Positions 1 to 16,200 of a stretch of DNA of 64,000 nt are shown piece after piece (within the stretch, counting starts at the first letter, position 1; the number at the start of each line of letters is the position of its first letter). The notes under the pieces are model-generated. The model was not told the DNA's origin and did no database searches. It saw nothing but the letters and a program-made list of their open reading frames with translations. The stretch is from the NCBI RefSeq assembly GCF_009914755.1, contig NC_060946.1; one strand, given 5' to 3'. A program made the translations under genes and the position numbers. This DNA comes from the human T2T-CHM13v2.0 reference genome, Homo sapiens.

Positions 1-3000
1 ATTATATACTGTACATAAAATATGAGATTACATCAAATATATATTATATTAGCTACATAAAATATGAAAGTACATCAGATATAGATTATATACTGTACAT
101 AAAATATCAAAGTACCCCAAATATATATTATATACTCTACATGAAATATCAAAGTTCACAAACTATATATTATATACTGTACATAAAATATCAAAGTACC
201 CAAGGTACATATTCTATACTGTACAAAAAATATCAAAGTACCCAAAGCATGTATTATATACTGTATATAAAATATGAAAATACATTAAATATATATTTTA
301 TTCTATACATAAAATAACAAAGTACACCAGATATGTATTCTATAGTGTACATAAAATAACAAAGTACACAAACTATGAATTATATACTGTACGTAAAATA
401 TGAAATTACATCAAATATATATTAGGTACATAAAATATGAAAGTACATCAAATATAGATTATATACTGTACATATAATATCAATGTACCCCAAATATATA
501 TTTTATACTCTACATGAAATATCAAAGTTCACAAACCATACATTATATACTGTACATAAAATATCAAAGTACCCAAGGTATATATTCTATACTGTACAAA
601 AAATATCAAAGTACCCATAGCATGTATTATATACTGTACATAAAATATGAAAGTACATCAAATATATATTTTATTCTGTACATAAAACATCAAAGTACAC
701 CAGATATATATTCTATAGTGTACATAAAATATCAAAGTACCCAAACTATACATTATATACTGTACATAAAATATGAAATTACATCAAATATATATTACAT
801 TAGGTACATAAAATATGAAAGTACATCACATATAGATTATATACTGTACATAAAATATCAAAGTACCCCAAATATATATCATATACTCTACATGAAATAT
901 CAAAGTTCACAAACTATATATTATATACTGTACATAAAATATCAAAGTACCCAAGGTATATATTCTATACTGTACAAAAAATATCAAAGTACCCAAAGCA
1001 TGTATTATATACTGTATATAAAGTATGAAAATACATTAAATATATATTTTATTCTGTACATAAAATATCAAAGTACACCAGATATGTATTCTATAGTGTA
1101 CATAAAATAACAAAGTACACAAACTATAAATTATATACTGTACGTAAAATATGAAATTACATCAAATATATATTAGGTACATAAAATATGAAAGTACATC
1201 AAATATAGATTATATACTGTACATATAATATCAATGTACCCCAAATATATATTTTATACTCTACATGAAATATCAAAGTTCACAAACCATACATTATATA
1301 CTGTACATAAAATATCAAAGTACCCAAGGTATATATTCTATACTGCACAAAAAATATCAAAGTACCCATAGCATGTATTATATACTGTACATAAAATATG
1401 AAAGTACATCAAATATATATTTTATTCTGTACATAAAATATCAAAGTACACCAGATATATATTCTATAGTGTACATAAAATATCAATGTACACAAACTAT
1501 AAATTATATACTGTACATAAAATATGAAATTACATCAAATATATATTAGGTACATAAAATATGAAAGTACATCAAATATAGATTATATACGGTACATAAA
1601 ATATCAATGTACCCCAAATATATATTTTATACTCTACATGAAATATCAAATTTCACAAACTATATATTATATACTGTACATAAAATATCAAAGTACCCAA
1701 GGTATATATTCTATACTGTACAAAAAATATCAAAGTACCCAAAGCATGTATTATATACTGTACATAAAATATGAAAGTACATCAAATATATATTTTATTC
1801 TGTACATAAAATATCAAAGTACACCAGATATATATTCTATAGTGTACATAAAATATCAAAGTACCCAAACTATACATTATATACTATACATAAATTATGA
1901 GATTACATCAAATATATATTATATTAGGAACATAAAATATGAGAGCACATCAAATATAGATTATATACTGTACATTAAATACCAAAGTACCCCAAATATA
2001 TATTTTATACTGTACATCAAATATCAAAGTTCACAAACTATATATTATATACTGTACATAAAATATCAAAGTGCCCAAGGTATATATTCTATACTGTACA
2101 AAAAATATCAAAGTATCCAAAGCACTTATTATATACTGTATATAAAATATGAAAGTACATTAAATATATATTTTATTCTGTACATAAAATATCAAAGTAC
2201 ACCAGATATATATTCTATAGTGTACATAAAATAACAAAGTACACAAAGTATAAATTATATACTGTACATAAAATATGAAATTACATCAAATATATATTAG
2301 GTACATAAAATATGAAAGTACATCAAATATAGATTATATACTGTACATATAATATCAATGTACCCCAAATATATATTTTATACTCTACATGAAATATCAA
2401 AGTTCACAAACCATATATTTTATACTGTACATAAAATATCAAAGTACCCAAGGTATATATTCTATACTGTACAAAAAATATCAAAGTACCCAAAGCATGT
2501 ATTATATACTGTACATAAAATACGGAAGTACATCAAATATATATTTTATTCTGTACATAATATATCAAAGTACACCAGATATATATTCTATAGTGTACAT
2601 AAAATATCAAAGTACCCAAACTATACATTATATACTGTACATAAAATATGAGATTACATCAAATATATATTATATTAGGTACATAAAATATGAAAGTACA
2701 TCAGATATAGATTATATACTGTACATAAAATATCAAAGTACCCCAAATATATATTATATAATCTACATGAAATATCAAACTTCACAAACTATATATTATA
2801 TACTGTACATAAAATATCAAAGTACCCAAGGTATATATTCAATACTGTACAAAAAATATCAAAGTACCCAAAGCATGTGTTATATACTGTACATAAAATA
2901 TGAAAGTACATCAAATATATATTTTATTCTGTACATAAAATATCAACGTACACCAGATATATATTCTATAGTGTACATAAAATATCAAAGTACCCAAACT

Positions 3001-6000
3001 ATACATTATATACTGTACATAAAATATGAAATTACATCAAATATATATTATATTAGGTACATAAAATATGAAAGTACATCAAATATAGATTATATACTGT
3101 ACATAAAATATCAAAGTACCCCAAATATATATTTTATACTCTACATGAAATATCAAAGTTCACACACTATATATTATATACTGTACATAAAATATCAAAG
3201 TACCCAAGGTATATATTCTATACTGTACAAAAAATATCAAAGTACCCAAAGCATGCATTATATACTGTATATAAAATATGAAAATACATGAAATATATAT
3301 TTTATTCTGTACATAAAATATCAAAGTACACCAGATATATATTCTATAGTGTACATAAAATAACAAAGTACACAAACTATAAATTATATACTGTACGTAA
3401 AATATGAAATTACATCAACTATATATTAGGTACATAAAATATGAAAGTACATCAAATATAGATTATATACTGTACATATAATATCAATGTACCCCAAATA
3501 TATATTTTATACTCTACATGAAATATCAAAGTTCACAAACCATACATTATATACTGTACATAAAATATCAAAGTACCCAAGGTATATATTCTATACTGTA
3601 CAAAAAATATCAAAGTACCCAAAGCATGTATTATATACTGTACATAAAATATGAAAGTACATCAAATATATATTTTATTCTGTACATAAAATATCAAAGT
3701 ACACCAGATATATATTCTATAGTGTACATAAAATATCAAAGTACCCAAACTATACATTATATACTGTACATAAAATATGAAATTACATCAAATATATATT
3801 ATATTAGGTACATAAAATATGAAAGCACATCAAATATAGATTATATACTGTACATTAAATACCAAAGTACCCCAAATATATATTTTATACTGTACATCAA
3901 ATATCAAAGTTCACAAACTATATATTTTATACTGTACATAAAATATTAAAGTACCCAAGGTATATATTCTATACTGTACAAAAAATATCAAAGTACCCAA
4001 AGCATGTATTATATACTGTACATAAAATATGAAAGTACATCAAATATATATTTTATTCTGTACATAAAATATCAAAGTACACCAGATATATATTCTATAG
4101 TGTACATAAAATATCAAATTACACAAACTATACATTATATACTGTACATAAAATATGAGATTACATCAAATATATATTATATTAGCTACATAAAATATGA
4201 AAGTACATCAGATATAGATTATATACTGTACATAAAATATCAAAGTACCCCAAATATATATTATATACTCTACATGAAATATCAAAGTTCACAAACTATA
4301 TATTATATACTGTACATAAAATATCAAAGTACCCAAGGTACATATTCTATACTGTACAAAAAATATCAAAGTACCCAAAGCATGTATTATATACTGTATA
4401 TATAATATGAAAATACATTAAATATATATTTTATTCTGTACATAAAATATCAAAGTACACTAGATATATATTCTATAGTGTACATAAAATAACAAAGTAC
4501 ACAAACTATAAATTATATACTGTACGTAAAATATGAAATTACATCAAATATATATTTGGTACATAAAATATGAAAGTACATCAAATATAGATTATATACT
4601 GTACATATAATATCAATGTACCCCAAATATATATTTTATACTCTACATGAAATATCAAAGTTCACAAACCATACATTATATACTGTACATAAAATATCAA
4701 AGTACCCAAGGTATATATTCTACACTGTACAAAAAATATCAAAGTACCCATAGCATGTATTATATACTGTACATAAAATATGAAAGTACATCAAATATAT
4801 ATTTTATTCTGTACATAAAATATCAAAGTACACCAGATATATATTCTATAGTGTACATAAAATATCAAAGTACCCAAACTATACATTATATATTGTACAT
4901 AAAATATGAAATTACATCAAATATATATTATATTAGGTACATAAAATATGAAAGCACATCAAATATAGATTATATACTGTACATTAAATACCAAAGTACC
5001 CTAGATATATATTTTATACTGTACATCAAATATCAAAGTTCACAAACTATATATTATATACTGTGCATAAAATATCAAAGTACCCATGGTATGCATTCTA
5101 TACTGTACAAAAAATATCTAACTACCCAAAGCATGTATTATATACTGTACATAAAATATGAAAGTACATCAAATATATATTTTATTCTGTACATAAAACA
5201 TCAAAGTACACCAGATATATATTCTATAGTGTACATAAAATATCAAAGTACCCAAACTATACATTATATACTGTACATAAAATATGAAATTACATCCAAT
5301 ATATATTATATTAGGTACATAAAATATGAAAGTACATCAAATATAGATTATATACTGTACATAAAATATCAAAGTACCCCAAATATATATTATATACTCT
5401 ACATGAAATATCAAAGTTCACAAACTATATATTATATACTGTACATAAAATATCAAAGTACCCAAGGTATATATTCTATACTGTACAAAAAATATCAAAG
5501 TATCCAAAGCATGTATTATATACTGTATATAAAATATGAAAGTACATTAAATATATATTTTATTCTGTACATAAAATATCAAAGTACACCAGATATATAT
5601 TCTATAGTGTACATAAAATATCAAAGTACACAAACTATAAACTATATACTGTACATAAAATATGAAATTACATCAAATATATATTAGGTACATAAAATAT
5701 GAAAGTACATCAAATATAGATTATATACTGTACATAAAATATCAATGTACCCCAAATATATATTTTATACTCTACATGAAATATCAAAGTTCACAAACTA
5801 TATATTATATACTGTACATAAAATATCAAAGTACCCAATGTATATATTCTATACTGTACAAAAAATATCAAAGTACCCAAAGCATGTATTATATACTGTA
5901 CATAAAATATGAAAGTACATCAAATATATATTTTATTCTGTACATAAAATATCAAAGTACACCAGATATATATTCTATAGTGTACATAAAATATCAAAGT

Positions 6001-9000
6001 ACCCAAACTATACATTATATACTGTACATAAAATATGAAATTACATCAAATATATATTATATTAGGTACATAAAATATGAAAGCACATCAAATATAGATT
6101 ATATACTGTACATTAAATACCAAAGTACCCCAAATATATATTTTATACTGTATATCAAATATCAAAGTTCACAAACTATATATTATATACTGTACATAAA
6201 ATATCAAAGTACACAAGGTATATATTCTATACTGTACAAAAAATATCAAAGTACCCAAAGCATGTATTATATACTGTACATAAAATATGAAAGTACATCA
6301 AATATATATTTTATTCTGTACATAAAACATCAAAGTACACCAGATATATATTCTATAGTGTACATAAAATATCAAAGTACCCAAACTATACATTATATAC
6401 TGTACATAAAATATGAAATTGCATCAAATATATATTATATTAGGTACATAAAATATGAAAGTACATCACATATAGATTATATACTGTACATAAAATATCA
6501 AAGTACCCCAAATATATATTATATACTCTACATGAAATATCAAAGTTCACAAACTATATATTATATACTGTACATAAAATATAAAAGTACCCAAGGTATA
6601 TATTCTATACTGTACAAAAAATATCAAAGTATCCAAAGCATGTATTATATACTGTATATAAAATACGAAAGTACATTAAATATATATTTTATTCTGTACA
6701 TAAAATATCAAAGTACACCAGATATATATTCTATAGTGTACATAAAATATCAAAGTACACAAACTATAAATTATATACTGTACATAAAATATGAAATTAC
6801 ATCAAATATATATTAGGTACCTAAAATATGAAAGTACATCAAATATAGATTATATACTGTACATGAAATATCAATGTACCCCAAATATATATTTTATACT
6901 CTACATGAAATATCAAAGTTCACAAACTATATATTATATACTGTACATAAAATATCAAAGTACCCAAGGTATATATTCTATACTGTACAAAAAATATCAA
7001 AGTACCCAAAGCATGTATTATATACTGTACATAAAATATGAAAGTACATCAAATATATATTTTATTCTGTACATAAAATATCAAAGTACACCAGATATAT
7101 ATTCTATAGTGTACATAAAATATCAAAGTACCCAAACTATACATTATATACTGTAGATAAAATATGAAATTACATCAAATATATATTATATTAGGTACAT
7201 AAAATATGAAAGCACATCAAATATAGATTATATACTGTACATTAAATACCAAAGTACCCCAAATATATATTTTATACTGTACATCAAATATCAAAGTTCA
7301 CAAAGTATATATTATATACTGTACATAAAATATCAAAGTACCCAAGGTATATATTCTGTACTGTACAAAAAATATCAAAGTACCCAAAGCATGTATCATA
7401 TACTGTACATAAAATATGAAAGTACATCAAATATATATTTTATTCTGTACATAAAATATCAAAGTACACCAGATATATATTCTATAGTGTACATAAAATA
7501 TCAAAGTACCCAAACTATACATTATATACTGTACATAAAATATGAGATTACATCAAATATATATTATATTTGCTACATAAAATATGAAAGTACATCAGAT
7601 ATAGATTATATACTGTACATAAAATATCAAAGTACCCCAAATATATATTATATACTCTACATGAAATATCAAAGTTCACAAACTATATATTACATACTGT
7701 ACATAAAATATCAAAGTATCCAAGGTACATATTCTATACTGTACAAAAAATATCAAAGTACCCAAAGCATGTATTATATACTGTATATAAAATATGAAAA
7801 TACATTAAATATATATTTTATTCTGTACATAAAATATCAAAGTACACCAGATATGTATTCTATAGTGTACATAAAATAACAAAGTACACAAACTATAAAT
7901 TATATACTGCACGTAAAATATGAAATTACATCAAATATATATTAGGTACATAAAATATGAAAGTACATCAAATATAGATTATATACTGTACATATAATAT
8001 CAATGTACCCCAAATATATATTTTATACTCTACATGAAATATCAAAGTTCACAAACCATACATTATATACTGTACATAAAATATCAAAGTACCCAAGGTA
8101 TATATTCTACACTGTACAAAAAATATCAAAGTACCCATAGCATGTATTATATACTGTACATAAAATATGAAAGTACATCAAATATATATTTTATTCTGTA
8201 CATAAAATATCAAAGTACACCAGATATATATTCTATAGTGTACATAAAATATCAAAGTACCCAAACTATACATTATATATTGTACATAAAATATGAAATT
8301 ACATCAAATATATATTATATTAGGTACATAAAATATGAAAGCACATCAAATATAGATTATATACTGTACATTAAATACCAAAGTACCCCAGATATATATT
8401 TTATACTGTACATCAAATATCAAAGTTCACAAACTATATATTATATACTGTACATAAAATATCAAAGTACCCATGGTATATATTCTATACTGTACAAAAA
8501 ATATCAAAGTACCCAAAGCATGTATTATATACTGTACATAAAATATGAAAATACATCAAATATATATTTTATTCTGTACATAAAACATCAAAGTACCCCA
8601 GATATATATTCTATAGTGTACATAAAATATCAAAGTACCCAAACTATACACTATATACTGTACATAAAATATGAAATTACATCAAATATATATTATATTA
8701 GGTACATAAAATATGAAAGTACATCAAATATATATTTTATTCTGTACATAAAATATCAAAGTACACCAGATATATATTCTATAGTGTACATAAAATATCA
8801 AAGTACCCAAACTATACATTATATACTGTACATAAAATATGAAATTACATCAAATATATATTATATTAGGTACATAAAATATGAAAGCACATCAAATATA
8901 GATTATATACTGTACATTAAATACCAAAGTACCCCAAATATATACTTTATACTGTACATTAAATATCAAAGTTCACAAACTATATATTATATACTGTACA

Positions 9001-10220
9001 TAAAATATCAAAGTACCCAAGGTATATATTCTATACTGTACAAAAAATATCAAAGTACCCAAAGCATGTATTATATACTGTACATAAAATATGAAAGTAC
9101 ATCAAATATATATTTTATTCTGTACATAAAATATCAAAGTACACCAGATATATATTCTATAGTGTACATAAAATATCAAAGTACCCAAACTATACATTAT
9201 ATACTGTACATAAAATATGAAATTACATGAAATATATATTATATTAGGTACATAAAATATGAAAGTACATCAAATATAGATTATATACTGTACATAAAAT
9301 ATCAAAGTACCCCAAATATATATTTTATACTCTACATGAAATATCAAAGTTCACACACTATATATTATATACTGTACATAAAATATCAAAGTACCCAAGG
9401 TATATATTCTATACTGTACAAAAAATATCAAAGTACCCAAAGCATGCATTATATACTGTATATAAAATATGAAAATACATTAAATATATATTTTATTCTG
9501 TACATAAAATATCAAAGTACACTAGATATATATTCTATAGTGTACATAAAATAACAAAGTACACAAACTATAAATTATATACTGTATGTAAAATATGAAA
9601 TTACATCAAATATATATTAGGTACATAAAATATGAAAGTACATCAAATATAGATTATATACTGTACATATAATATCAACGTACCCCAAATATATATTTTA
9701 TACTCTACATGAAATATCAAAGTTCACAAACCATACATTATATACTGTACATAAAATATCAAAGTACCCAAGGTATATATTCTATACTGTACAAAAAATA
9801 TCAAAGTACCCAAAGCATGTATTATATACTGTACATAAAATATGAAAGTACATCAAATATATATTTTATTCTGTACATAAAATATCAAAGTACACCACAT
9901 ATATATTCTATAGTGTACATAAAATATCAAAGTACCCAAACTATACATTATATACTGTACATAAAATATGAAATTACATCAAATATATATTATATTAGGT
10001 ACATAAAATATGAAAGCACATCAAATATAGATTATATACTGTACATTAAATACCAAAGTACCCCAAATATATATTTTACACTGTACATCAAATATCAAAG
10101 TTCACAAACTATATATTATATACTGTACATAAAATATCAAAGTACCCAAGGTATATATTCTATACTGTACAAAAAATATCAAAGTACCCAAAGCATGTAT
10201 TATATACTGTACATAAAATA
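1..10220 (+). repeat. HSat1A subfamily-A domain 1: mixed 378/373-bp HORs with a 1129-bp trimer
   Basis: Diagnostic ATTCTATAGTG and ACTCTACATGA. Frequent 5-bp deletion AAATATATATTAGG versus AAATATATATTATATTAGG. Homologous ORF starts 2389, 3518 and 4647 are 1129 bp apart. Confidence 0.85.
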
Positions 10221-13200
10221 TGAAAGCACATCAAATATATATTATATTAGGTACATAAAGTATGAAAGTACATAAAATATAGATGATATACTGTACATAA
10301 AATATCAAAGTAGCCCAAATATATATTATACAGTGTACATGAAATATCAAAATTTACAAAATATATATTATATAATGTACATAAAATATCAAAGTACCCA
10401 AAGCACGTATTATATACTGTACATAAAAGATGAAAGTACATCAAATATATATTTTATTCTGTACATAAAATATCAAAGTACACCAGATATATATTTTATA
10501 GTGTACATAAAATATCAAGGTACCCAAACTATACATTATATACTGTACATAAAATATGGAATTACATCAAATATATATTATATTGGGTACGTAAAATATG
10601 AAAGTACATCAAATATAGATTATATACAGTACATAATATATAAAAGAACCCCAACTATATATTATATACTGTACATGAAATATCAAAATACACAAACTAT
10701 ATATTATATACTGTACATAAAATATCAAAGTACCCAAGGTATATATTCTATACTGTACAAAAAATATCAAAGTACCCAAAGCATGTATTATATACTGTAC
10801 ATAAAATATGAAAGTACATCAAATATATATTTGATTCTGTACATAAAATAACAAAGTACACCAGATATGTATTTTATAGTGTACATAAAATATCAAAGTA
10901 CCCAAACTATACATTACATACTGTACATAAAATATGAAATTACATCAAATATATATTATATTAGGAACATAAAATATGAAAGTACATCAAATATAGATTA
11001 TTAACTGTAAATAAAATATCAAAGAACCCCAAATATATATTATATACTGTACATGAGATATCAAACTTCACAAACTATATATTATATACTGTACATAAAA
11101 TATCAAAGTACCCAAGGTATATATTCTATACTATACAAAAAATATCAAAGTACCCAACCCATGTATTATATACTGTACATAAAAGATGAAAGTACATCAA
11201 ATATATATTTTATTCTGTACATAAAATATCAAAGTACACCAGATATATATTATATAGTGTACATAAAATATCAAAGTACCCAAACTATACATTATATACT
11301 GTACATAAAATATGAAATTACATCAAATATGTATTATATTAGGTAACTAAAATATGAAAGTACATCAAATATAGATTATATACTGTACATAAAATATAAA
11401 AGTACCCCAAATATATATTATATACTGTACATGAAATATCAAAATACAGAAACTATATATTATATACTGTACAAAAAATATCAAAGTACCCAAAGCAAGT
11501 ATTATATACTGTACATAAAATATGAAAGTACATCAAATATATATTTGATTCTGTACATAAAATAACAAAGTACACCAGATATGTATTTTATAGTGTACAT
11601 AAAATATCAAAGCACCCAAACTATACATTACATACTGTACATAAAATATGAAATTACATCAAATATATATTATATTGGGTACATAAAATATGAAAGTACA
11701 TCAAATATAGATTATTAACTGTACATAAAATATCAAAGAACCCCAAATATATATTATATACTGTACATGAAATATCAAAGTTCACAAACTATATATTATA
11801 TACTGTACATAAAATATCAAGGTACCCAATGTATATATTCTATACTGTACAAAAAATATCAAAGTACCCAAAGCATGTATTATATACTGTACATAAAATA
11901 TGAGAGTACATCAAATATATATTTCATTCTGTACATAAAATATCACAGTACACCAGATATATATTTTATAGTGTACATAAAATATCAATGTACACAAACT
12001 ATACATTATATACTGTACATAAAATATGAAATTACATCAAATATATATTATATTAGGTACATAAAATATGAAAGTACATAAAATATAGAAGATATACTGT
12101 ACATAAAATATCAAAGTAGCCCAAATATATATTATACAGTGTACATGAAATATCAAAATTTACAAAATATATATTATATAATGTACATTAAATATCAAAA
12201 TACCCAAAGAAAGTATTATATACTGTACGTAAAAGATGAAAGTACATCAAATATATATTTTATTCTGTACATAAAATATCAAAGTACACCAGATATATAT
12301 TTTATAGTGTACATAAAATATCAAGGTACCCAAACTATACATTATATACTGTACATAAAATATGAAATTACATCAAATATATATTATATTAGGTACGTAA
12401 AATATGAAAGTATATCAAATATAGATTATATACTGTACATAAAATATAAAAGAACCCCAAATATATATTATATACTGTACATGAAATATCAAAATACACA
12501 AACTATATATTATATACTGTACATAAAATATCAAAGTACCCAAGGTATATATTCTATACTGTACAAAAAATATCAAATTACCCAAAGCAAGTATTATATA
12601 CTGTACATAAAATATGAAAGTACATCAAATATATATTTTATTCTGTACATAAAATAACAAAGTACACCAGATATATATTTTATAGTGTACATAAAATATC
12701 AAAGTACCCAAACTATACATTACATACTGTACATAAAATATGAAATTACATCAAATATATATTATAATAGGAACATAAAATATGAAAGTACATCAAATAT
12801 AGATTATTAACTGTACATAAAATATCAAAGAACCCCAAATATATATTATATACTGTACATGAAATATCAAACTTCACAAACTATATATTATATAATGTAC
12901 ATAAAATATCAAAGTACCCAAGGTATATATTCTATACTGTACAAAAAATATCAAAGTACCCAAAGCATGTGTTATATACTGTACATAAAATATGAAAGTA
13001 CATCAAATATATATTTTATTCTGTACATAAAATATCAAAGTACACCAGATATATATTTTATAGTGTACATAAAATATCAAAATACCCAAAGTATACATTA
13101 TAAACTGTACATAAAATATGAAATTACATCAAATATATATTATAATAGGAACATAAAATATGAAAGTACATCAAATATAGATTATTAACTGTACATAAAA

Positions 13201-16200
13201 TATCAAAGAACCCCAAATATATATTATATACTGTACATGAAATATCAAACTTCACAAACTATATATTATATAATGTACATAAAATATCAAAGTACCCAAG
13301 GTATATATTCTATACTGTACAAAAAATATCAAAGTACCCAAAGCATGTGTTATATACTGTACATAAAATATGAAAGTACATCAAATATATATTTTATTCT
13401 GTACATAAAATATCAAAGTACACCAGATATATATTTTATAGTGTACATAAAATATCAAAATACCCAAAGTATACATTATAAACTGTACATAAAATATGAA
13501 ATTACATCAAATATATATTATATTAGTTACCTAAAATATTAAAGTACATCAAATATAGATTATTAACTGTACATAAAATATCAAATCTACACCAAATATA
13601 TATTATATACTGTACATGAAATATCAAAGTTCACAAACTATATATTATATACTGTAGATAAAATATCAAAGTACCCAAGGTATATATTCTATACTGTACA
13701 AAAAATATCAAAGTACCCAAAGCATGTATCATATACTGTACATAAAATATGAAAGTACATCAAATATATATATTATTCTGTACATAAAATATCAAAGTAC
13801 ACCAGATATATATTTTATAGTGTACATAAAATATCAAAGTACCCAAACTATACATTATATACTGTACATAAAATATGAAAGTACATCAAATATATCTTAT
13901 ATTAGTTACCTAAAATATGAAAGTACATCAAATATAGATTATATACTGTACATAAAATATCAAAGTACCCAAAATATATATTATATACTGTACATGAAAT
14001 ATCAAAGTTCACAAACTATATAATATATACTGTACATAAAATATCAAAGTACCCAAGGTATATATTCTATACTGTACAAAAAATATCAAAGTACCCAAAG
14101 CATATATTGTATACTGTACATAAAATATGAAAGTACATCAAATATATATTTTATTCTGTACATAAAATATCAAAGTACACCAGATATATATTTTATAGTG
14201 TACATAAAACATCAAAGTACCGAAACTATACATTATATACTGTACATAAAATATGAAATTACATCAAATATATATTATATTATTTACCTAAAATATGAAA
14301 GTACATCAAATATAGATTATATACTGTGCAGAAAATATCAAAGTACCCCAAATATATATTATATACTGTACATGAAATATCAAAGTTCACAAACTATATA
14401 TTGTATACTGTACATAAAATATCAAAGTACCCAAGGTATATATTCTATACTGTACAAAAAATATCAAAGTACCCAAAGCATGTATTATATACTGTACATA
14501 AAATATGAAAGTACATCAAATATATATTTTATTCTGTACATAAAATAACAAAGTACACCAGATATATATTTTATAGTGTACATAAAATATCAAAGTACCC
14601 AAACTATACATTACATACTGTACATAAAATATGAAATTACATCAAGTATATATTATATTAGGGACATAAAATATGAAAGTACATCAAATATAGATTATTA
14701 ACTGTACATAAAATATCAAAGAACCCCAAATATATATTATATACTGTATATGAGATATCAAACATCACAAACTATATATTATATACTGTACATAAAATAT
14801 CAAAGTACCCAAGGTATATATTCTATACGGTACAAAAAATATGAAAGTACCCAAAGCATGTATTATATACTGTACATAAAATATGAAAGTACATCAAATA
14901 TATATTTTATTCTGTACATAAAATATCAAACTACACCAGATATATATTTTATAGTGTACATAAAATATCAAATTACCCAAACTATACATTATATACTGTA
15001 CATAAAATATGAAATTACATCAAATATATATTATATTAGTTACCTAAAATATGAAAGTACATCAAATACAGATTATGTACTGTACATAAAATATCAAAGT
15101 ACCCCAAATATATATTATATACTCTACATGAAATATCAACGTTCGCAAACTATATATTATATACTGTACATAAAATATGAAAGTACCCAAGGTATATATT
15201 CTATACTGTACAAAAAATATCAAAGTACCCAAAGCATGTATTATATACTGTACATAAAATATGAAAGTACATCAAATATGTATTTTATTCTGTACATAAA
15301 ATAACAAAGTATACCAGATATATATTTTATAGTGTACATAAAATATCAAAGTACCCAAACTATACATTACATACTGTACATAAAATATGAAATTACATCA
15401 AATATATATTATATTAGGAACATAAAATATGAAAGTACATCAAATATAGATTATTAACTGTACATAAAATATCAAAGAACCCCAAATATATATTATATAC
15501 TGTACATGAAATATCAAACTTCACAAACTATATATTATATAATGTACATAAAATATCAAAGTACCCAAGGTATATATTCTATAGTGTACAAAAAATATCA
15601 AAGTACCCAAAGCAAGTATTATATACTGTACATAAAATATGAAAGTACATCAAATATATATATTATTCTGTACATAAAATATCAAAGTACACCAGATATA
15701 TATTTTAGAGTGTACATAAAACATCAAGGTACACAAACTATACATTATATACTGTACATAAAATATGAAATTACATCAAATATATATTATATTGGGTACA
15801 TAAAATATGAAAGTACATCAAATATAGATTATTAACTGTACATAAAATATCAAAGAACCCCAAATATATATTATATACTGTACATGAAATATGAAAGTTC
15901 ACAAACTATATATTATATACTGTACATAAAATATCAAGGTACCCAAGGTATATATTCTATACTGTACAAAAAATATCAAAGTACCCAAAGCATGTATTAT
16001 ATACTGTACATAAAATATGAGAATACATCAAATATATATTTTATTCTGTACATAAAATATCAAAGTACACCAGATATATATTTTATAGTGTACATAAAAT
16101 ATCAAAGTACCCAAACTATACATTATATACTGTACATAAAATATGAAATTACATCAAATATATATTATATTAGGTATATAAAATATGAAAGTACATAAAA

